Below, one piece after another: positions 55,601 to 64,000 of a stretch of 64,000 bases of DNA. The notes under the pieces were generated by a model. That model was not told the origin of the DNA. It searched no databases and was given only the letters and a program-made list of their open reading frames with translations. The translations under genes were made by a program, and so were the position numbers. This stretch comes from the human T2T-CHM13v2.0 reference genome, Homo sapiens. The stretch's first letter is position 1. Each line of letters begins with the position of its first letter. The DNA lies in assembly GCF_009914755.1 (NCBI RefSeq), contig NC_060939.1; one strand, written 5' to 3'.

Positions 55601-58462
55601 TCCATTCGAATCCGTTTCACTCCAGTCCATTAAATTCGAGTACATTCCATTACATTCTATTCAATGCCATTCCATTCGATTCTATTCCATTCGGCACCAT
55701 TCCTTTCCATTCCGTTCCATCCGATTCCATTCCATTGTATTCCATTCCATTGCATTCCATTGCATTCCATTCGTTTCCATTCCATTCGAATTCATTCCAC
55801 TCAAGTCCATTCCATTCGAGTCCATTCCATTCGATATCATTCCATACTATTGCATTCCATTTGATTCCATTGTTTTCGAATAAATTCCAACCGAGACCAT
55901 TCCTTTTGTGTCCTTTCTATTTGACTGCATTCCATTTGAGTCCATTAAATTTCTGCACATTCCATTCCTTTCCATTCCATTCCATTCCATTCCTTTCGTA
56001 GCCATTCCATTCCACTCTACTCCATTCAAGTCCATTCCATTTGAGTCCATTCCACTGATTCGATGCCATTACATTCAATTCTATTCCATTCGAATCCATT
56101 CCATTCCATTTCCTTCCAAACGATTCCATTCCATTCTATTACTTTCTATTCCAATCCATTCCATTCCGTTCCATTCGTTTCCGTTCCATTCCTTTCCATT
56201 CCATTCGAGTCCACTCCATTCCATTCCATTCCATTCGATTCCATTCCATTCCAGTCCATTCCATTCAAGTCCATTCCACTCCATTCCATTCCATTCGATA
56301 TCTTTGATAACACCCCATTCCATTCTGATCCTTACAATTCAATTCAATTCCAGTCCATTTGATTCCATTCCATTTGATTACATTCCATTCGACTCCATTC
56401 CATTCGACTCTATTCCATTCGAGTCCATTCCATTCCATTCCATTGCATTCCGTTCGAATCCCTATTCCATTCCATTTTGTTACTGTCCATTCCATTGGAG
56501 TCCATTCCATGCCAAACCATTCCATTCGATTCCATTCCAATAGGTTCAATTGCACTAGAATCCAGTGCGTTCCATTCCATTGCTTTCCATTCTATTACAT
56601 TCCATTGCATTACATTCCATTCCATTTGATTGCATTCCATTCAATTCCATTAACTTCGAATCAATTACATTGCAAACCATTGCATTAGAGTTCTATTCCA
56701 GTCCATTGCATTCCGGCGCATTCCGTTCCATTCCATTCCAATCGATTCCGTTCCATTCGAATCGATTGCATTGCAATGCTTTACATTCGAGTCCGTTTTA
56801 TTCCAGTCCAATCCATTCCGTTCCATTCCGTTCGATTCCATTCCATTCGATGCCACTCCATACTATTGTATTTCATTCGATTCCATTCTATTCAAATAAA
56901 TTCCATTCGAGACCATTCCTTTCGAGTCCATTCTATTTGAGTCCATTCCATTCGAGTCCATTATATTTGGGTCCATTCCATTCAATTCCATTGCAATCGA
57001 TTCCATTCGATGTCACTCCATTCATTTCTATTCCATTAGAGTCCATGTCATTCGAGTTCATTCCATTCTATTCTATTCCACTCCATTCCATTCCATTCCA
57101 TTCCACTCCATTCCATTCGTTGCCGTTCCATTCAATTCTATTATATTCCACTCCATTTAATTCCATTCCATTCCATTCCATTCCATTCCATTCCATTCTA
57201 TCCAATTCCGTTCCATTCTATTCCTTTAAAGTCCATTCCATTCCATTCTATTCGTTTCCATTCCATTCGAGTAAAGTCCACTCCACTCCTTTCCATTCGA
57301 TTCCATTCCTCTCCAGTCCATTCCGATCAATCCATTCCATTCCAGTCCATTCCATTCAAGTCCGTTCCATTCCAGTCCATTCCATTCGAGTCAATTCCAT
57401 TCCATTCGATATCTTTCCATAACGATCCATTCCATTCTATTCCTTTCGATTCCATTCAATTCCATTCCATTCTATTTCATTCCATTCGATTCCCTTCCAT
57501 TGGACTCCTTTCCATTCGAGTGCATTCCATTCCGTTCCATTTCTTTCTGTTCTGTATGATTCCTACCTTTCAATTTCATTTTTTTCCAGTCTATTCTTTT
57601 CACGTCCATTCCATTCCATTTCACTCCATTCGATTCCATTCCACTCGATTCCCCTCCGTTCCATTTCATTGCATTCCATTCTATTCAATTCTATTGCATT
57701 CCATTCCATTCCATTTGATTACATGCCATGCGATTCCATTCGAATTCGAATCATTTACATTGAAATCCATTACTATTGAGTCCGTTTTACTCCAGTCCAC
57801 TCCATTCTGCTCCATTCCATTTGATTCCATTCCATTCTATTCCATTCCCTACAGTTGCATTCCATTGGAGTCCATTCTATATCTATAAATGCAACTCGAG
57901 ACCATTGCTTTTGAGTCCATTCTATATGATTCCATTCCATTCAAGTCCATTACATTTGGTTCAATTCCATTCCATTCCATTCCCTTCCATTCCATTCCAT
58001 TTGATATCAATCCATTCGATTCCATTCCATTCGAGCACATTCCAATCGAGTCCATTCCATTCGATGCCATTCCATTTGATTCTATTCCATTAGACTCCAT
58101 TCAATTCCATTAATCTCCATTCCATTCCATTCTACTCCAACTGATTCCATTCCATTCTATTCCTTTCCATTCCATTCCATTCCATTCGCTTCTATTCCAT
58201 TCGTGTCCATTCCACTCCACTCCATTCCATTCGTGTCCATTCCATTCCAGTCCATTCCATTTGTGTCCACTGCATTCCATTCCACTCCATTCCATATTAT
58301 TCCATTACACTCCATTCCATTCTTTTACTTTCATTTGCATTCAGTTCCATTCCATTTGATTCCATTCCACTCGGTTTCACTCCATTTCAGTCCATTCCAT
58401 TCCATTCCATTCCATTCTGTTCCATTCCATTCCATTCCATTCCATTCCATTCCATTCCATTC

Positions 58463-60231
58463 GGTACCATTCCATATTGTTCCATTCGATTCCATTCGAA
58501 TCCATTCCATTCCAGTCCATTCCATTCGATTCCGTTCCATTCGAATCGATTGCATTGCAATGCATTACATTCGAGTCCGTTTTATTCCAGTCCAATCCAT
58601 TCCGGTCCATTCCGTTCGATTCCATTCCATTCGATGCCACTCCATACTATTGTATTTCATTTGATTCCATTCTATTCAAATAAATTCCATTCGAGACCAT
58701 TCCTTTCATGTCCATTCTATTTGAGTCCATTCCATTCGAGTCCATTATATTTGGGTCCATTCCGTTCAATTCCATTGCAATCGATTCCATTCGATGTCAC
58801 TCCATTCATTTCTATTCCATTAGAGTCCATGTCATTCGAGTCCATTCCATTCTATTCTATTCCACTCCATTCCATTCCATTCCACTCCATTCCATTCGTT
58901 GCCGTTCCATTCAATTCTATTATATTCCACTCCATTTAATTCCATTCCATTCCATTCCATTCTATTCCATTCTGTCCAATACCGTTCCATTCTATTCCTT
59001 TAAAGTCCATTCCATTCCATTCCATTCGTTTCCATTCCATTCGAGTAAAGTCCACTCCAGTCCTTTCCATTCGAGTCCATTCCTCTCCAGTCCATTCCGT
59101 TCAATCCATTCCATTCCAGTCCATTCCATTCGAGTCCGTTCCATTCCAGTCCATTCCATTCGAGTCAATTCCATTCCATTCGATATCTTTCCATAACGAT
59201 CCATTCCATTCTATTCCTGTCGATTCCATTCAATTCCATTCCATTCTATTTCATTCCATTTGATTCCCTTCCATTGGACTCCTTTCCATTCGAGTGCATT
59301 CCATTCCGTTCCATTTCTTTCTGTTCTGTATGATTCCTACCGTTCGATTTCATTTTGTTCCAGTCTATTCCTTTCACGTCCATTCCATTCCATTTCACTC
59401 CATTCGATTCCATTCCACTCGATTCCCCTCCGTTCCATTTCATTGCATTCCATTCTATTCAATTCTATTGCATTCCATTCCATTCCATTTGATTACATTC
59501 CATGCGATTCCATTCGAATTCGAATCAATTACATTGAAATCCATTACTATTGAGTCCGTTTTACTCCAGTCCACTCCATTCTGCTCCATTCCATTTGATT
59601 CCATTCCATTCTATTCCATTCCCTACAGTTGCATTCCATTGGAGTCCATTCTATATCTATAAATGCAACTCGAGACCATTGCTTTTGAGTCCATTCTATA
59701 TGATTCCATTCCATTCAAGTCCATTACATTTGGTTCAATTCCATTCCATTCCATTCCCTTCCATTCCATTCCATTTGATATCAATCCATTCGATTCCATT
59801 CCATTCGAGCACATTCCAATCGAGTCCATTCCATTCGATGCCATTCCATTTGATTCTATTCCATTAGACTCCATTCAATTCCATTAATCTCCATTCCATT
59901 CCATTCTACTCCAACTGATTCCATTCCATTCTATTCCTTTCCATTCCATTCCATTCCATTCGCTTCCATTCCATTCGTTTCCATTCCACTCCAGTCCATT
60001 CCATTCGTGTCCATTCCATTCCAGTCCATTCCATTTGTGTCCACTGCATTCCATTCCACTCCATTCCATATTATTCCATTACACTCCATTCCATTCTATT
60101 ACTTTCATTTCCATTCAGTTCCATTCCATTTGATTCCATTCCACTCGGTTTCACTCCATTTGAGTCCATTCCATTCCATTCCATTCCATTCTGTTCCATT
60201 CCATTCCATTCCATTCCATTCCATTCCATTC
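58463..60231 (+). repeat. Truncated 1769-bp unit (~1.7-kb deletion at ~58533) with breakpoints different from the Domain 1 monomer
   Basis: The junction ccagtccattccattcgattcc|gttccattcgaatcgattgc at ~58533 joins core sequence 70 bp after the KpnI site to the middle of the extra module (equivalent to 13389 joined to 15087). Confidence 0.87.
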
Positions 60232-63200
60232 GGTACCATTCCATATTGTTCCATTCGATTCCATTCGAATCCATTCCATTCCAGTCCATTCCATTCGATT
60301 CCATTCCATTCCTTTCAATTCCATTCCATTCCATTCGATTCCACTTGATTCCACTCCATTCCCTTCCACTGCATTCCATTCGATTCCATTCCATTGCATT
60401 GCATTCCATTCCATTGGATTGCTTTCCATTCGATTCCATTCCATTCGAATCAATTACATAGCAATCCATTACATTCGAGTCTGTTCTATTCCGTTGCACT
60501 CGATTTCGTTCCAATCCATTCGATTCCATTCCATTCGATTCCATTCCATACTATTGCATTCCATTCGATTAAGTTATATTCGAATAAACTCCATTCAAGA
60601 CCATGTCTGTTGAGTCCATTCTACTTGAGTCCATTCCCTTTGATTCCATAACATTTGAGTCCATTCAATTCCATTCCTTTCGTTTCCATTCCATTTGATG
60701 CCATTCCATTCAATTCTGTTCTACTCGACTCCAATACATTCAATTCCATTCCATCCGATTCCATTACATTCTTTTCATTTCTTATCCATTTCAAGCCATT
60801 CCATTCCATTCCATTCCACTCGTTTCCTTTCCATTCGAGTCCATTCCACTCCAGTCCATTCCATTCGAATCCATTTCACTCCAGTCCATTCCATTCGAAT
60901 CCGTTTCACTCCAGTCCATTAAATTCGAGTACATTCCATTCCATTCTATTCAATGCCATTCCATTCGATTCTATTCCATTCGACACCATTCCTTTCCATT
61001 CCGTTCCATCCGATTCCATTCCATTGCATTCCATTCGTTTCCATTCCATTCGAATTCATTCCACTCAAGTCCATTCCATTCGAGTCCATTCCATTCGATA
61101 TCATTCCATACTATTGCATTCCATTCGATTCCATTGTTTTCGAATAAATTCCAACCGAGACCATTCCTTTTGTGTCCTTTCTATTTGACTGCATTCCATT
61201 TGAGTCCATTAAATTTCTGCACATTCCATTCCTTTCCATTCCATTCCATTCCATTCCTTTCGGTGCCATTCCATTCCACTCTACTCCATTCAAGTCCATT
61301 CCATTTGAGTCCATTCCATTGATTCGATGCCATTACATTCAATTCTATTCCATTCGAATCCATTCCATTCCATTTCCTTCCAAACGATTCCATTCCATTC
61401 TATTACTTTCTATTCCAATCCATTCCATTCCGTTCCATTCGTTTCCAATCCATTCGAGTCCACTCCATTCCAGTCCATTCCATTCGATTCCATTCCATTC
61501 CAGTCCATTCCATTCAAGTCCATTCCACGGCATTCCATTCCATTCGATATATTTTGATAACACCCCATTCCATTCTGCTCCTTACAATTCAATTCAATTC
61601 CAGTCCAGTTGATTCCATTCCATTTGATTACATTCCATTCGACTCCATTCCATTCGACTCTATTCCATTCGAGTACATTCCATTCCATTCCATTGCATTC
61701 CGTTCGAATCCCTATTCCATTCCATTTTGTTACTGTCCATTCCATTTGAGTCCATTCCATGCCAAACCATTCCATTCGATTCCATTCCAATAGATTCCAT
61801 TGCACTCGAATCCAGTGCGTTCCATTCCATTGCTTTCCATTCTATTACATTCCATTGCATTACATTCCATTCCATTTGATTGCATTCCATTCAATTCCAT
61901 TAATTTCGAATCAATTACATTGCAATCCATTGCATTAGAGTTCTATTCCAGTCCATTGCATTCTGGCGCATTCCGTTCCATTCCATTCCATTCGATTCCG
62001 TTCCATTCGAATCGATTGCATTGCAATGCTTTACATTCGAGTCCGTTTTATTCCAGTCCAATCCATTCCGGTCCATTCCGTTCGATTCCATTCCATTCGA
62101 TGCCACTCCGTACTATTGTATTTCATTCGATTCCATTCTATTCAAATAAATTCCATTCGAGACCATTCCTTTCATGTCCATTCTATTTGAGTCCATTCCA
62201 TTCGAGTCCATTATATTTGGGTCCATTCCATTCAATTCCATTGCAATCGATTCCATTCGATGTCACTCCATTCATTTCTATTCCATTAGAGTCCATGTCA
62301 TTCGAGTCCATTCCATTCTATTCTATTCCACTCCATTCCATTCCATTCCACTCCATTCCATTCGTTGCCGTTCCATTCAATTCTATTATATTCCACTCCA
62401 TTTAATTCCATTCCATTCCATTCCATTCTATTCCATTCTATCCAATTCCGTTCCATTCTATTCCTTTAAAGTCCATTCCATTCCATTCCATTCGTTTCCA
62501 TTCCATTCGAGTAAAGTCCACTACAGTACTTTCCATTCGAGTCCATTCCTCTCCAGTCCATTCCGTTCAATCCATTCCATTCCAGTCCATTCCATTCGAG
62601 TCCGTTCCATTCCAGTCCATTCCATTCGAGTCAATTCCATTCCATTCGATATCTTTCCATAACGATCCATTCCAATCTATACCTTTCGATTCCATTCAAT
62701 TCCATTCCATTCTATTTCATTCCATTCGATTCCCTTCCATTGGACTCCTTTCCATTCGAGTGCATTCCATTCCGTTCCATTTCTTTCTGCTCTGTATGAT
62801 TCCTACCGTTCGATTTCATTTTGTTCCAGTCTATTCCTTTCAAGTCCATTCCATTCCATTTCACTCCATTCGATTCCATTCCACTCGATTCCACTCCGTT
62901 CCATTTCATTGCATTCCATTCTATTCCATTCCATTGCATTCCATTGCATTCCATTCGTTTCCATTCCATTCGAATTCATTCCACTCAAGTCCATTCCATT
63001 CGAGTCCATTCCTTTCGATATCATTCCATACTATTGCATTCCATTCGATTCCATTGTTTTCGAATAAATTCCAACCGAGACCATTCCTTTTGTGTCCATT
63101 CTATTTGACTGCATTCCATTTGAGTCCATTAAATTTCTGCACATTCCATTCCTTTCCATTCCATTCCATTCCATTCCTTTCGGTGCCATTCCATTCCACT

Positions 63201-64000
63201 CTACTCCATTCAAGTCCATTCCATTTGAGTCCATTCCATTGATTCGATGCCATTACATTCAATTCTATTCCATTCGAATCCATTCCATTCCATTTCCTTC
63301 CAAACGATTCCATTCCATTCTATTACTTTCTATTCCAATCCATTCCATTCCGTTCCATTCGTTTCCATTCCATTCGAGTCCACTCCATTCCAGTCCATTC
63401 CATTCGATTCCATTCCATTCCAGTCCATTCCATTCAAGTCCATTCCACTCCATTCCATTCCATTCGATATCTTTTGATAACACCCCATTCCATTCTGCTC
63501 CTTACAATTCAATTCAATTCCAGTCCATTTCATTCCATTCCATTTGATTACATTCCATTCGACTCCATTCCATTCGACTCTATTCCATTCGAGTCCATTC
63601 CATTCCATTCCATTGCATTCCTTTCGAATCCCTATTCCATTCCATTTTGTTACTGTCCATTCCATTTGAGTCCATTCCATGCCAAACCATTCCATTCGAT
63701 TCCATTCCAATAGATTCCATTGCACTCGAATCCAGTGCGTTCCATTCCATTGCTTTCCATTCTATTACATTCCATTGCATTACATTCCATTCCATTTGAT
63801 TGCATTCCATTCAATTCCATTAATTTCGAATCAATTACATTGCAATCCATTGCATTCGAGTTCTATTCCAGTTCATTGCATTCCGGCGCATTCCGTTCCA
63901 TTCCATTCCATTCGATTCCGTTCCATTCGAATCGATTGCATTGCAATGCATTACATTCGAGTCCGTTTTATTCCAGTCCAATCCATTCCGGTCCATTCCG
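59640..64000 (+). repeat. Near-identical copy of ~16.2-20.5 kb at offset 43,457 bp, including the 1920-bp duplication junction
   Basis: KpnI sites 16775/60232, the private variant tccaatctatacctttc at 19214/62671, and ORFs 19255/62712, 19303/62760 and 19635/63092 all differ by 43457. Confidence 0.88.

Larger units (their letters stand above)
1..64000 (+). repeat. HSat3 / satellite III-type (CATTC)n pericentromeric satellite array, C/T-rich strand on +, no inversion or unique-sequence interruption seen
   Basis: The sequence is diverged CATTC pentamers throughout (cattc, gattc, gagtc, cagtc, cactc, tattc), in the same orientation at both ends and everywhere inspected. Long pure CATTC runs and no CATTCGATGAT/GATGATTCC-rich units favour HSat3 over HSat2 (established family definitions). 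Confidence 0.97.
13200..64000 (+). repeat. Domain 2: tandem ~3.47-kb units (core ~1.76 kb + extra module ~1.70 kb) with occasional rearranged units
   Basis: GGTACC spacing is 3456, (5366), 3491, 3476, 3476, 3490, (1534), 3481, 3491, 3451, 3451, 3461, 3520, (1769). Domain-specific landmarks include ccaaccgagacc, gataacacccc, catgccaaacc, ggcgcattcc, cctttaaagtcc, gagtaaagtcc and aaatgcaactcgag. Confidence 0.92.

Noticed and set aside
1-64000. Hundreds of ORFs on both strands (HSIPF-rich on +, MEWNG-rich on -), the longest being 442 aa at 34176-35504 and 333 aa at 36187-37188
   Set aside because: Pure (CATTC)n has no stop codon in any frame, and GGAAT repeats supply ATG constantly. The ORFs overlap in all frames, repeat with the satellite period, and change length with single indels. 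There is no domain-like content.
1-64000. CRISPR-like or other repeat-spacer array
   Set aside because: There are no unique spacers. All intervening sequence is degenerate pentamer that recurs with the unit period, and no associated genes are present.
1-64000. HSat2 or alpha satellite assignment
   Set aside because: There is no 171-bp monomer or CENP-B box, and the GATGAT-containing 23/26-bp units typical of HSat2 are not the building block. Long perfect CATTC runs dominate.

Overview
The whole 64 kb is one uninterrupted, single-orientation (CATTC)n/(GGAAT)n satellite array of the primate human satellite 3 (HSat3/satellite III) type. I found no credible genes, RNA genes, transposons or CRISPR arrays, and every ORF is an artefact of the pentamer. 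What is informative is the higher-order structure, which I read using the once-per-unit KpnI site (GGTACC at 771, 2539, 4341, 6109, 7918, 9731, 11565, 13319, 16775, 22141, 25632, 29108, 32584, 36074, 37608, 41089, 44580, 48031, 51482, 54943, 58463, 60232). From 1 to ~13.0 kb the array is made of ~1.8-kb monomers (1754-1834 bp) alternating as an A/B dimer of ~3.57 kb. From ~13.2 kb onward it is made of ~3.47-kb units (3451-3520 bp), each being the same ~1.76-kb core plus a ~1.70-kb extra module bounded by a 23-bp direct repeat. The second domain contains rearranged units (5366, 1534 and 1769 bp), an island of 1.8-kb-type sequence, and long-range near-identical blocks at offsets of about 18.9, 19.1, 22.4, 25.85, 31.3 and 43.5 kb. 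The 1.8-kb KpnI period resembles the classical D15Z1 satellite III of human chromosome 15, but species and chromosome cannot be proven from the sequence alone. All coordinates and offsets were read by eye and from the ORF track, not from a computed alignment.
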